Part shown: piece after piece, positions 28,701-37,735 of the stretch | Position numbering within the stretch: position 1 is the stretch's first letter | Layout of the letters: every line of letters starts with the position of its first letter | UHGV virus genome: UHGV-1374671 | Origin: a virus | Direction: 5' to 3' (one strand) | Length of the DNA stretch: 64,000 nucleotides | The notes under the pieces: model-generated | Seen by the model: the letters and a program-made list of their open reading frames with translations, nothing else | Databases searched by the model: none | Told to the model about the DNA's origin: nothing | Made by a program: the position numbers and the translations under genes

Positions 28701-29393
28701 ATGTCAGTCGATAGAGTAAAAACAACGTCAACAACAAACAATCAAGTCATGGAGACGGGTATGGTATCCGTCTCCGAATCCAAAAACAAAGAAGGAAACA
28801 GTATCATGAAAGAGATCATCATCAACGGCATCAACGGCGCTTCCATCAACTTCGCGGCGGAGGACAACACCACTCTGGCTCAGATCTGCGAGCACGAGAC
28901 GGTCATGGCGTTCTTCGACGAGGAAGCCGATACCATCAAGGAGAGCCTGCTGGAGATGAACGGCGGTGACGTCAGCGCGTTCCGCTCCTCCCTGCTCACC
29001 GCTCAGCCGTCGGACGGTGACTCTCTCCTGTTCGATCTGGACGGAGAGGTTGAGGAGGATAACTCCGATGAGGACGGCGAGGATGGCGTGGTCGTCGTGG
29101 CCACCAGCGGCGGTCTGCAGACCACCAACGTGGACATCGTCTGCGGCCGCACCACGGTCCATGACGCGATTTACTGTGACGTGGTCCGTGCCCGCAGCGG
29201 TATGACCGACGCCCAGCTGTCGAACTGCACCATCCTCCTGAACGAGGAGGAGATCTCCGACGAGGTGTCCCGTACCCGCACTCTGCGCAACGGCGACACC
29301 ATTACGCTGTCCGCCCGTGCTGCGTCTTCCAAGGGCAAGACCTCGAAGAAGGTCGGGTTGCTGAAGGCCTTTGTCAAGGTCGTCTGCCGGTAA
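28701..29393 (+). CDS. Protein with tandem small beta-grasp/ThiS-like units ending in internal GG
   Basis: EIIINGINGASINF...LLEMNGG at ~aa 36-88 and ...VVVATSGG near aa 140, followed by a third Ubl-like segment TNVDIVCGRTTVHDAIY...LRNGDTITL. An alternative start is ATG 28806 after an AAGGAAA RBS. Confidence 0.45.
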   Translation: MSVDRVKTTSTTNNQVMETGMVSVSESKNKEGNSIMKEIIINGINGASINFAAEDNTTLAQICEHETVMAFFDEEADTIKESLLEMNGGDVSAFRSSLLTAQPSDGDSLLFDLDGEVEEDNSDEDGEDGVVVVATSGGLQTTNVDIVCGRTTVHDAIYCDVVRARSGMTDAQLSNCTILLNEEEISDEVSRTRTLRNGDTITLSARAASSKGKTSKKVGLLKAFVKVVCR

Positions 29394-29399
29394 CCAACC

Positions 29400-29918
29400 A
29401 TGGAGGACAGTCGGATGAGAACGTGGAAGATTGAGATCCCTTTGAGGGTTCGCTGTGTTCAGAGCACCAGAGGAGGGCGAGGTCATTTTCACGTCGATCC
29501 GGCTGTCCGCAAGTGGAAGGAAGCCATTGCTCCGTACATCCGTGCCTGCAGTCCTGGACGACCGTCCAAGATGCCTATCCGGGTGAAATCCTTCGTGTAC
29601 TACTTCCGCTGCCCGAAATCGGCAAAGGCTCCCGTCGTCCGCTACATCAAGGACGGCGGCGAGGTCCCGTACATGGGCGTTGCAGACATCACGGACAACA
29701 TGAACAAAGGTGTTGTGGACGTCTGCAAGGGAGTGGTGTTCGAGGACGATTCTCAGATATGGCACGTCTGCGGCATCAAGAAGTTGTATGGACTTACCGA
29801 TCACATCTTGCTGGAGTTCGAGGAAACACCTGACGTTGTCCTGATCAACGGCAAAAGAGGAAGTTCTCTCAGTGACGATCAAGACGAGATTCAAGACGAC
29901 ACCTGCTCTCTTATCTGA
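29400..29918 (+). CDS. rusA: RusA-like Holliday junction resolvase
   Basis: RusA catalytic motif DITDNMNKGVVDVCKGVVFEDD (cf. DxDNxxK...D). Confidence 0.65.
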   Translation: MEDSRMRTWKIEIPLRVRCVQSTRGGRGHFHVDPAVRKWKEAIAPYIRACSPGRPSKMPIRVKSFVYYFRCPKSAKAPVVRYIKDGGEVPYMGVADITDNMNKGVVDVCKGVVFEDDSQIWHVCGIKKLYGLTDHILLEFEETPDVVLINGKRGSSLSDDQDEIQDDTCSLI

Positions 29919-30354
29919 GAGAGGTGCGTTGCATGTCCTGGTTGACATGCTTTGGAAAAACGGAGAGTACACCCGATCAGAAGTGTACTCGCTCCTGTCC
30001 CGTATTCTGCAGCAAGACAACCCGGTGCACATCTCTGATCTTGATCACAGCGAGATGTTGAAGGTAAGCCTGCGGATACAGAGGATGTTGGAGCAGGACG
30101 GGATAGCGCCCTGCCGTCAGTGCAAGTTTTGCGGCGCCGAGTGCACAACGCTCGGTATGCGGATCTGCGCACTGACCGGCAGGCCTTTCTGCTATCGGTA
30201 TCAGAACAGTGAATTGATGCTCGCTCCTTGCGAGCGATACACAGAGGCCAGACATGCGAAGATTCTGCAATCTGAAGAAGCCGTCATTTTCCGAGAGGAA
30301 AATCGTGTATATGAACGTAATGGGGATACCGCTACCTGTTGCCGTTCCCAGTGA
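29872..30354 (+). CDS. Hypothetical Cys-rich protein
   Basis: ORF with CRQCKFCGAEC; start uncertain because it overlaps rusA. Confidence 0.35.
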   Translation: MTIKTRFKTTPALLSERGALHVLVDMLWKNGEYTRSEVYSLLSRILQQDNPVHISDLDHSEMLKVSLRIQRMLEQDGIAPCRQCKFCGAECTTLGMRICALTGRPFCYRYQNSELMLAPCERYTEARHAKILQSEEAVIFREENRVYERNGDTATCCRSQ

Positions 30355-31480
30355 AAGAGAATTGGCCAAATACCAGGAGCAGGACTGCACGCTGGAAGAT
30401 CTGCTGATTTTTCAGGTGTCAGAGCTCAATGCGACATTCCCCAATAACCCGTACCAGCTGCTGTGCAAGGCAATGGATCCGGTGCGTGATTCTTACTGGC
30501 TGCTCGGTAAAACAGACTGTGAAGCTACACGCCGAATAAGGGGCGAGGTCGAGGCTTCCTGCGTGCGCAAATACAGAAGTTTCGTCCACATCTTTGATGG
30601 GCGTCTCTGGGGCAACGACCACATAGTGCGGGTAGACCGCACCTTAAGTGTGGCCGACTTCCGGGAGATGCTGAACCGGACGATTTACTACATCGACGGT
30701 AAGAGCGACCTGCCGAAGTGCGATCAGTTGCTTGGGTTGCCGTACAACGTCTCTCCGTCTACTGGAGATACATCTGCCGATGACATGCTGGATCAATCTT
30801 TCGTGTTCGTCGTTGACTGGTTTAAAGCCTGGTTCAGTTACCTGCAGATCGATGCGGTAAGCATGATGTGCGATTCCTTCAGCTCAAACGTGAAGTACGA
30901 CGACCGTTATGTCAAGTCCTTTATCGGGCATTATCTGCTCGGTATCAAAGAGCCTGAACCTGATCCTGAGGCTGAGCCAGTCGAAGAGATCAGGACAGAC
31001 GCTGAGGTACCGGAGGTTGAGAACCAACCCCAGGAGCCTGTTATTCAGCAGGAAGAAGAGGAAGTGCTCGATCCGGTTGTCTACCCGGATGGAATCCACA
31101 TGCTGGAGACCATGTCCGGCCAGGAACAGCAGTTCTTCCGGGTCAAGGCCGAGGCCACAGTCAACTTCAGCATGCAATTCAGCTTCACGGAGCACTACCT
31201 GAAGCAGTACGTCGACACATTCAACGCAACGCTCGCTCCGGCAGGAGTCACAGTCAGGGCGACAGGCGCGAACTTCGCCTGTGTCGAGTTCGATCGCCTG
31301 GAGGTGTGCGACGGATATCCGACAGCCGAGTCCATGAACTTTGAGAGCATCAAGGAGAAGGCGGCGTTGGTGGACATGATCTACAAGATTTTGGTCGACA
31401 TGCACCGGCGCAACCGGCTGTACAAGCAGGTCGTAGCCACAGGCAAAACCCAGTTGCTCGATGGAGCACAGAAAGGATGA
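30254..31480 (+). CDS. Hypothetical protein (acidic central region)
   Basis: 408-aa ORF; an alternative start is ATG 30311. Confidence 0.45.
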   Translation: MRRFCNLKKPSFSERKIVYMNVMGIPLPVAVPSERELAKYQEQDCTLEDLLIFQVSELNATFPNNPYQLLCKAMDPVRDSYWLLGKTDCEATRRIRGEVEASCVRKYRSFVHIFDGRLWGNDHIVRVDRTLSVADFREMLNRTIYYIDGKSDLPKCDQLLGLPYNVSPSTGDTSADDMLDQSFVFVVDWFKAWFSYLQIDAVSMMCDSFSSNVKYDDRYVKSFIGHYLLGIKEPEPDPEAEPVEEIRTDAEVPEVENQPQEPVIQQEEEEVLDPVVYPDGIHMLETMSGQEQQFFRVKAEATVNFSMQFSFTEHYLKQYVDTFNATLAPAGVTVRATGANFACVEFDRLEVCDGYPTAESMNFESIKEKAALVDMIYKILVDMHRRNRLYKQVVATGKTQLLDGAQKG

Positions 31481-31937
31481 GATGATTCTTCTGTTCACAG
31501 ATGGAAGCGCCATCCGGAATCCTGGGCCGTCAGGTTGGGCGTGGGTCGCCGTCCGGGAAGGACAGCGACTCGCCTATCATGCCGGCTACATTCCGAACGG
31601 CACCAACAACCGGGGAGAGCTCACGGCCGCCATCAACGCATTGAAGTTCGTTTCCGGCATCCGTGGGCAGTACCCGAATGAGCGCATCGTTCTGGTGTCT
31701 GACAGCCGGTATGTCATCGGCGGGCTCAGTCAGTGCGACGAATGGGCTGTGGAGCCGGGAAAGCCGAACTCCGATCTGTGGGAGCAGGCCTACGATGCGC
31801 TTTTGAATGTCGGATGCCCGATCTCCATGAAATGGGTGAGAGGGCATACCGGAAACAAGAACAACGAACTTTGTGACCGGCTGGCCAGGAACGCGGCCAA
31901 GACCGGTGAGGAGGATCAATGGCGGCTTTCCAAATGA
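31461..31937 (+). CDS. RNase H (RNase HI family)
   Basis: DGSAIRNPGPSG, NNRGELTAAINAL, SDSRYV, and GHTGNKNNELCDRLA match RNase HI catalytic motifs. Confidence 0.8.
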   Translation: MEHRKDEMILLFTDGSAIRNPGPSGWAWVAVREGQRLAYHAGYIPNGTNNRGELTAAINALKFVSGIRGQYPNERIVLVSDSRYVIGGLSQCDEWAVEPGKPNSDLWEQAYDALLNVGCPISMKWVRGHTGNKNNELCDRLARNAAKTGEEDQWRLSK

Positions 31938-33319
31938 CAGCTGCAGAGAAGGAAAAGGACGACGCCATGCGTCAACTTTTCCACGGGGTGGCGATGCGGA
32001 CGGCCGGTGTGCGGGGTGCCTGCAAGGTACTGGTTCAGGGTGAGATTTACCACCTGTGCCCGGCCTGCGTTTACAAGGGCATCCCGAACGAGGAAGAAAT
32101 CAACCAGGCGGAGGACAAGTTCGTTCCATACGATGACGAGCTCCCCTGCCTGACAACGTCCGAGTTGTCCAGCTTTCGACCGGAGGTGCTTCTGGATTAC
32201 GGGTCCATTCCCGTAACGCAGGAAACCTGCCCGGAGCTGCTTACCGTGCCTGAAGACGTCTTTCTTGTTCCGTGCAGGAAAGCGCCGTCAGGTGTACCTG
32301 GCGTCGTGGTTGTGAAGAAGTCCACAAGGGCACAATACGAGCTCCTGCGTGAGATCCCGTACCCTGAGGGAACGTTCTTTCACACTCTGCCGGTTCGCGT
32401 CGTGTCGATGCCGTCCGAAATAAGCTCCACTTTGAAGGACTTCAATCTCACATTGCAGGACTTCAAGGCCGAACTTCGTAGAGCCAAGCTGAAAGACTTT
32501 ATAGTGCTCATGCTGCGTTCCGAGACCAGTATGGTGTACGTAACCACAAGCCACATGAACGAACCAAACTCACTTGACTCAGTATTTGATCCTGCAAGCG
32601 GGATCACGTACTGCGGTGATGGGTGGGACGATAAATCGAGATCATACAAAAATCTTGTCAAGAAGAAAGGAACGAAGAAAGTGAAAGGATTGGCGAATCC
32701 GTTAATCGGGGCTCGTAGCGCGAAGGCTGCCCCGCTGCCCTCTCCGAAAGCGACTGTGGAAGCACAGCCCGCAGAGAGCATTCCCATGGGACCCAAAGCC
32801 GACGCCAATGCAGCTGCTCAGGCTGCTGAAACCAAAGCTGTTCCGGCAGTGCCGGCGGCCGCGCTGGCAGTCGAGGTCCCGGATACTGACGCGGAAGTGA
32901 ACAAGGCCATGGAACAGGCGTCTGCTGCTCCGGAACCCGCTGTTCAGGGGTCAGTGGCTGTCCCTCAGGAAGCCACTGCTCAGGAGACCGCTCCCCAGGA
33001 GGAACCTGTCAAGGAGGAGCCGGTGCAGGAACCTAAACAGGAAGATCCTGCCCAGCTGCGCAAGCCCTCCAGGCGCCGCAAGGAGCCTGCCAAGGTCGGC
33101 TACGACTTCACCACCGTCATGGAGTACATAGGTGCTCCGGTGGATGAGATCAAGGCCGAGGACATCGAGAAGGCCGAGACCGAGATGCGCAACCTGCGTG
33201 ATCTGATGATCGCGGCAGCCAGGCGAATGGCCAATATCTCCCTGAAGATCACCGAGTCTTCCAAGGACGCTGTCATCAGCATGGCCAAGGTTCAGGAACT
33301 TCTTGGTGGGCGCAAGTAA
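31919..33319 (+). CDS. Hypothetical protein with Ala/Pro/Glu-rich low-complexity linker
   Basis: 466-aa ORF. Confidence 0.45.
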   Translation: MAAFQMTAAEKEKDDAMRQLFHGVAMRTAGVRGACKVLVQGEIYHLCPACVYKGIPNEEEINQAEDKFVPYDDELPCLTTSELSSFRPEVLLDYGSIPVTQETCPELLTVPEDVFLVPCRKAPSGVPGVVVVKKSTRAQYELLREIPYPEGTFFHTLPVRVVSMPSEISSTLKDFNLTLQDFKAELRRAKLKDFIVLMLRSETSMVYVTTSHMNEPNSLDSVFDPASGITYCGDGWDDKSRSYKNLVKKKGTKKVKGLANPLIGARSAKAAPLPSPKATVEAQPAESIPMGPKADANAAAQAAETKAVPAVPAAALAVEVPDTDAEVNKAMEQASAAPEPAVQGSVAVPQEATAQETAPQEEPVKEEPVQEPKQEDPAQLRKPSRRRKEPAKVGYDFTTVMEYIGAPVDEIKAEDIEKAETEMRNLRDLMIAAARRMANISLKITESSKDAVISMAKVQELLGGRK

Positions 33320-33339
33320 ACAGTCAACCATTAACAAAC

Positions 33340-33385
33340 GAGAACGCTGGATTCCTTTCTGGGTTTCCGGCGTTCTCTTTTTGAG
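33340..33385 (+). terminator. Intrinsic terminator (gagaacgctgg...ccggcgttctc + TTTTT)
   Basis: ~10-bp GC-rich stem followed by a T-run, read directly. Confidence 0.55.
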
Positions 33386-33390
33386 GGATT

Positions 33391-34491
33391 ATGCTCACAT
33401 TTTTACACAGGAACACAAGGAGATACATAGCGGCCATCCAGCATGCTATCACTACTCATTTGAAGTATCCAGACTGTTCCGGGCGCTTCTCTGACGATCC
33501 TATGGTGATCGTAGGAGAGGACGGCAGACTGGACAAGGCCCCGTCCGCTAAAGTGACGAACTGCACGATATGGGGAACGCTGATCGTCGAAGACGATTGC
33601 ACCGTGTCCAACATCGTTGTTCAGAACAACACGACAGTCATTGTCAAAAGAGGGTCCACGGTGCTTGGCGCCGCGTTTTCCGGAGTCAGTGATACACCTG
33701 CCGTCCATATCATAGACGAGAACTCGTTTGTGATGCACTTCATTGTCGTGGCAACCGGAGCGCACATCAGACGAGACGCTCTTATCCTGGAGGGTGTGGT
33801 GCAGGGAGGCTGCATTGATCTCGGAGAGCACTGCGTCATGCTGGCAGGGCAGTTGCAGTCAACAAACATGACTGTAGGGAAAGAGTTCGTGTTGTACAGC
33901 AGTCGGCTGGTGACGTGTCGTGGGTGCGACCATGCCTGCGTTGGAGATAATGTGTGCATAGCACCATATGCCAACGAGTCCTATGAAAAGCCTGCTGCCA
34001 GGGCGGATCAGATCATTACTGCGGTGTCCCATGGCGAAGGAGTCGCAGCCAGTATGAACACGACCTGTCAGTTTGAAGCGTCATCTGTTTATGTAGCGAA
34101 TTCAGTGGTCATGACCACAGGTTGCTGCATGATGGCGCACAAGCAGATCGTCGTCGGGGAAGGCAGTGTGATCACGAGCAGCACGCACGGCATCGGAGGC
34201 TCGTTCTCGTTACGGCTGATATCCGGAGACATTCGTATCGGCAAGAAGAACCAGCTGATCAAACAAAGCACTGGCAATTACACTGCTTACCATCTCGGCA
34301 ACACGGAGGTGGAACGTTTCTCCTGTCTCCATACAGGCGATAACGTAACCGTGTTGGACTGCGGAGCCTACAGAAACTTGACCGATTCGCTGTATTTTCA
34401 GTACGGAGCGAAGAGCCGCAGCGTCCGCTTGCGACCCATATCCCAGGTGTGCAGGATCAAGGTCAATCCTGGTGGCACAATCATTTTGTAG
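33391..34491 (+). CDS. Hypothetical repetitive beta-strand-rich protein (possible beta-helix)
   Basis: Periodic short hydrophobic/Gly/Asn/Thr repeats. Own transcription unit after the terminator. Confidence 0.4.
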   Translation: MLTFLHRNTRRYIAAIQHAITTHLKYPDCSGRFSDDPMVIVGEDGRLDKAPSAKVTNCTIWGTLIVEDDCTVSNIVVQNNTTVIVKRGSTVLGAAFSGVSDTPAVHIIDENSFVMHFIVVATGAHIRRDALILEGVVQGGCIDLGEHCVMLAGQLQSTNMTVGKEFVLYSSRLVTCRGCDHACVGDNVCIAPYANESYEKPAARADQIITAVSHGEGVAASMNTTCQFEASSVYVANSVVMTTGCCMMAHKQIVVGEGSVITSSTHGIGGSFSLRLISGDIRIGKKNQLIKQSTGNYTAYHLGNTEVERFSCLHTGDNVTVLDCGAYRNLTDSLYFQYGAKSRSVRLRPISQVCRIKVNPGGTIIL

Positions 34492-34500
34492 GAGGTAGAA

Positions 34501-35085
34501 ATGGCACTGACTGAACAGGCCAGAAAGTCTTTGAATGCCAAGATAGTCGGGCATGAAGGCGTCGCCAACGGCGTCGTCCTTGCATCAGGACTGACAAAGA
34601 TATCAGGAGGTCTGGTTGCCAGACCTTCCACGGATACCACGAACACCAGAACCGGTGCATTAGTGGACGCTTCCGACCAGCCCATAGCGGAGCAGCCGGA
34701 GGCGCAACCCCAGCCGCAGCAGCCGGTGATTGAGACTGTTCCTGTCGAACAGTCCAGGAAAAAGACAAGAGGCGGCAGGAAGACCTCGGAACCGGCAAGG
34801 GCAGTGAGGGTAGAGCTGGAGATCCAGGGGATTGGAATCCTGCCTTCCCAGTACACGCACTGCTATGTCGGAACCGGAGTGGTCGTGCTGGGGCTGAACG
34901 AGTATTCGTATGTGCCGGCGGAAGCCCACTATGAAGGTGACCGGCTGATGGGAGTCATTCAGCTCAAGATCGTCCCGGGGCGTTACGGATACCTGGGGAA
35001 TTCATTCACGGATTCGTCAGGAATCCGCAATATCATCCTGGCCGAAATCAAGGAGGAAAGCTATGATGGAGAAGAACTCGGCTGA
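34501..35085 (+). CDS. Hypothetical protein
   Basis: 194-aa ORF following a GGAGG RBS. Confidence 0.45.
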   Translation: MALTEQARKSLNAKIVGHEGVANGVVLASGLTKISGGLVARPSTDTTNTRTGALVDASDQPIAEQPEAQPQPQQPVIETVPVEQSRKKTRGGRKTSEPARAVRVELEIQGIGILPSQYTHCYVGTGVVVLGLNEYSYVPAEAHYEGDRLMGVIQLKIVPGRYGYLGNSFTDSSGIRNIILAEIKEESYDGEELG

Positions 35086-35220
35086 GAACAAGGTGTGCAC
35101 TTACTGTGACCGGGACGCGCTCCCGGACACGTACCCGCCGGTGTGCGAAGAGCACATTCATACCAAGCAGGCCGCCGGAGAGGCCACTACGTTGAAGGAG
35201 CTTGAGACCAAAGATGAATA
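35063..35220 (+). CDS. Small zinc-ribbon protein (CxxC..CxxH), overlapping neighbours in a third frame
   Basis: Not in the ORF track (52 aa). ATGATG follows an AAGGAGGA RBS. GC3 ~79%. Sequence MMEKNSAENKVCTYCDRD..PPVCEEHIH. Confidence 0.35.
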
Positions 35221-36230
35221 AACCACAGGAAATGCTCCTGTGGCTGTTGTCCTGCATGGTACCCCGGTTTGATCAGTATTTTCTGGTCAAGCTGGGGTGC
35301 CCGGCAATAACACCACAGGTGGTGTCTGCTTCAGGGGTCCGGGTTCCGGACTCCTTTTCTGTTTCTGATGACAAGGAGGACGATGGCGCCGTCATTGCCG
35401 GCATGTTCAACAAGACGAGCACGGAGCCTTGTTCTGCATCCAGATACAAGGCATTGCTGCATCTTATGGAATGTGGCAGCACCCCGTCCGCCGTGCTGCG
35501 TCAGGTGCAGACTGTTTACAACAACTTCTTTGGGAACTCCACAATCTGTGACAGTAACCAAAGACCGGCAGAGAGCCTGAATGTGATCACTTATCCCAGC
35601 TTTGACAGGGATGGCAATTCACTGGCCTACACGATTCCCAGGGACAAGATCCTGAGCACGGACTGGGTCACTACCGGAATCAAAACGGCAGACCTGGCGT
35701 TTGTCTGGTATGTGCGCATGATGCTGGAACTGTGCCCGTCCATGTGCACTTTTCAGGTGATCGCGCATATCTGGGACGGCGCACTCAAGCAGGTGGCGGT
35801 ATCTATCGTCAGGCTGTATCCGTACATGGAAGAGGACTCCGACGGTGTTCAGGATCTTACACTGGACAGGAATGCGCAGATCACATGTTATCAGAGGACC
35901 ATAAACGGCATGTTGGATCATCTCGGAAATCTTGCCGTTTTCGCGGACTTCTCCAGAAACGACAAATACATCAGAGACCACAATCCCTGGTCCATGGATT
36001 CCTTCCTGCCAATGCTTAACCAGATGAAGAACAACAAGGCCTTCGCTTATATGTGGCTGCAGCAGTTCGATAATCTGGGATCAGGCTTGTGGTCAGGTTT
36101 CAATGGCTTCCTGGATACTGCCGACCGTTTGGCGGCTGTTGTCAAGCGCGGCAGCAAAGTACCTGAAGTGCAGTCCTTGCTGGACGACGTGAAGCAACAG
36201 TTCAACGCATTCGCTGCACATGCTGAATAG
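35202..36230 (+). CDS. Hypothetical protein
   Basis: 342-aa ORF; TTG at 35202 or ATG at 35214. Confidence 0.45.
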   Translation: MRPKMNKPQEMLLWLLSCMVPRFDQYFLVKLGCPAITPQVVSASGVRVPDSFSVSDDKEDDGAVIAGMFNKTSTEPCSASRYKALLHLMECGSTPSAVLRQVQTVYNNFFGNSTICDSNQRPAESLNVITYPSFDRDGNSLAYTIPRDKILSTDWVTTGIKTADLAFVWYVRMMLELCPSMCTFQVIAHIWDGALKQVAVSIVRLYPYMEEDSDGVQDLTLDRNAQITCYQRTINGMLDHLGNLAVFADFSRNDKYIRDHNPWSMDSFLPMLNQMKNNKAFAYMWLQQFDNLGSGLWSGFNGFLDTADRLAAVVKRGSKVPEVQSLLDDVKQQFNAFAAHAE

Positions 36231-36370
36231 GAGGGTGTCATGTCATTCTGGGAATTTTGTCAGATGCTGTTCGGATTCTGGCTTGCTTTCGTACTGTTGG
36301 GTATTCCGGCAGGTATTCTGAAGTCATTGCTGGAGTCTATCGGAAGAAAATCAAAGATATGAGGTTACAA

Positions 36371-37342
36371 ATGAACATCATAGATCAGAGCGTCGAATCT
36401 GTGTTGATGGACAACGCCATGGAGCGCATCGAGTTCGCCGGCCGGGTGTGTTACAACAGCACGGATCGGATCAAGAAAGGCGAGACAGCCCTTCCGTTTG
36501 TGAAAGGGCTTATCCAGGCAGGGCACGGTACACCGCTGGAGGCGGCCCGTGTCGGGATCGTTGTTTCCGATCTGCTGGAGTTTGTGCGCTGGCACAAAGG
36601 GGACGAGGCCGCCAAGGTGGCGGACACTATCATTCAAGACTTCCGTGTAAACAGGAACCATCGTGTGTACTTTGTGTGCGACGATGCTTTGTCCATCACG
36701 GTGCGCGACTACCTGATGGAAGGGTTTCCGTTGGAGTTCCTGGAGAATCCGGATAACTACTGCATGGACCCGTCGTTCGCCACAGTGGTGATTGTCACGG
36801 ATCGAGGCATAGCCAATGAGTGCGTCAGGCATCGTGTGCTGCACTATGACGATGACGGGTATCCGACTGTCTGGAACGATCCTCCTGCCGGAAACCAGGA
36901 GGACATGTCCATGGTGCAGGCCAGTACGCGGTACATCAATTACGGCAAGAAGCCGTTCAGTCTTGTGCGCCCGTCTCCGGCTCCCTGGGCCACTCAGGAG
37001 GACAGCAAGGAGTACCAGCTTTGGTATGCATCCTGCAAGCAGTCGTTCGACACCTACAAGATCATGCTTGAGTCCGGTGTTCCCCAGCAGTTCGCCAGAA
37101 ACGTGCTTCCTCTCAGTACCGCCACTACGGTAGTGATGTCAGGAACTAGCACACAATGGACCGATTTCCTGAAACTCAGACTGGATACGGCTGCGCATCC
37201 GCAGATGATCGTACTTGCAAATATGATTCTCAGATCTGAGGCCGTGAAGCAGGCAATCCCCACCCTGGTGTATGCGGATTTGCTGGAGCTCGCCAAGCCA
37301 GGAATTGAAAAGGTAAACAAGATACAGGAAGGACTGTTATGA
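36371..37342 (+). CDS. thyX: Flavin-dependent thymidylate synthase (ThyX-like)
   Basis: ThyX-like FAGRVCYNS and RHR...S..RY segments. ATG 36371 follows a GAGGT RBS. Motif assignment not checked against a profile. Confidence 0.5.
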   Translation: MNIIDQSVESVLMDNAMERIEFAGRVCYNSTDRIKKGETALPFVKGLIQAGHGTPLEAARVGIVVSDLLEFVRWHKGDEAAKVADTIIQDFRVNRNHRVYFVCDDALSITVRDYLMEGFPLEFLENPDNYCMDPSFATVVIVTDRGIANECVRHRVLHYDDDGYPTVWNDPPAGNQEDMSMVQASTRYINYGKKPFSLVRPSPAPWATQEDSKEYQLWYASCKQSFDTYKIMLESGVPQQFARNVLPLSTATTVVMSGTSTQWTDFLKLRLDTAAHPQMIVLANMILRSEAVKQAIPTLVYADLLELAKPGIEKVNKIQEGLL

Positions 37343-37611
37343 GCGCAAAAGGATATGGCGGATTCAACAGAATCCCCATGCATGGAGCCGCCGGCACGGT
37401 GATCGCCGGCAAACACGTCGTCGAGGAACCCAAACCGGTGGAGTCTCCCACGGTCGTGGATACGCCTACTAAGGCGACCAATACGCTGTTGGTTCCGTAC
37501 GAAGACCGGCAGAGCCGGATTCGGTATCTGCGGCACATCAAGGACTATCTCACGGTTCAGCTTGCGATTGTGGAGCAGCAGCTCACGTTTGAGGAGGAAC
37601 ACGTGGGCTGA
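37339..37611 (+). CDS. Small hypothetical protein
   Basis: 90-aa ORF; its start overlaps the preceding stop. Confidence 0.4.
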   Translation: MSAKGYGGFNRIPMHGAAGTVIAGKHVVEEPKPVESPTVVDTPTKATNTLLVPYEDRQSRIRYLRHIKDYLTVQLAIVEQQLTFEEEHVG

Positions 37612-37613
37612 GA

Positions 37614-37634
37614 TTTTCTACTTGAAGTAGAAAA
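37614..37634. promoter_or_regulatory. AT-rich palindrome ttttctact-tga-agtagaaaa (member of a recurring motif family)
   Basis: Exact 9-bp arms, read directly. Confidence 0.5.
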
Positions 37635-37651
37635 CCGAGGCTATACTAAGG

Positions 37652-37723
37652 GAGCCCCGGGCCGAATGGATCAGCGGTGTGACCGACCTCTGCTCTTGTT
37701 CAGCGGCCCGGGGCTCTTTATGT
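37652..37723 (+). terminator. Long hairpin (13-bp GC stem gagccccgggccg/cggcccggggctc, 39-nt loop) followed by TTTAT; terminator or leader structure
   Basis: Perfect reverse complement at 37652-37664 and 37704-37716, read directly. Confidence 0.4.
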
Positions 37724-37735
37724 AAGGAGGCCACC

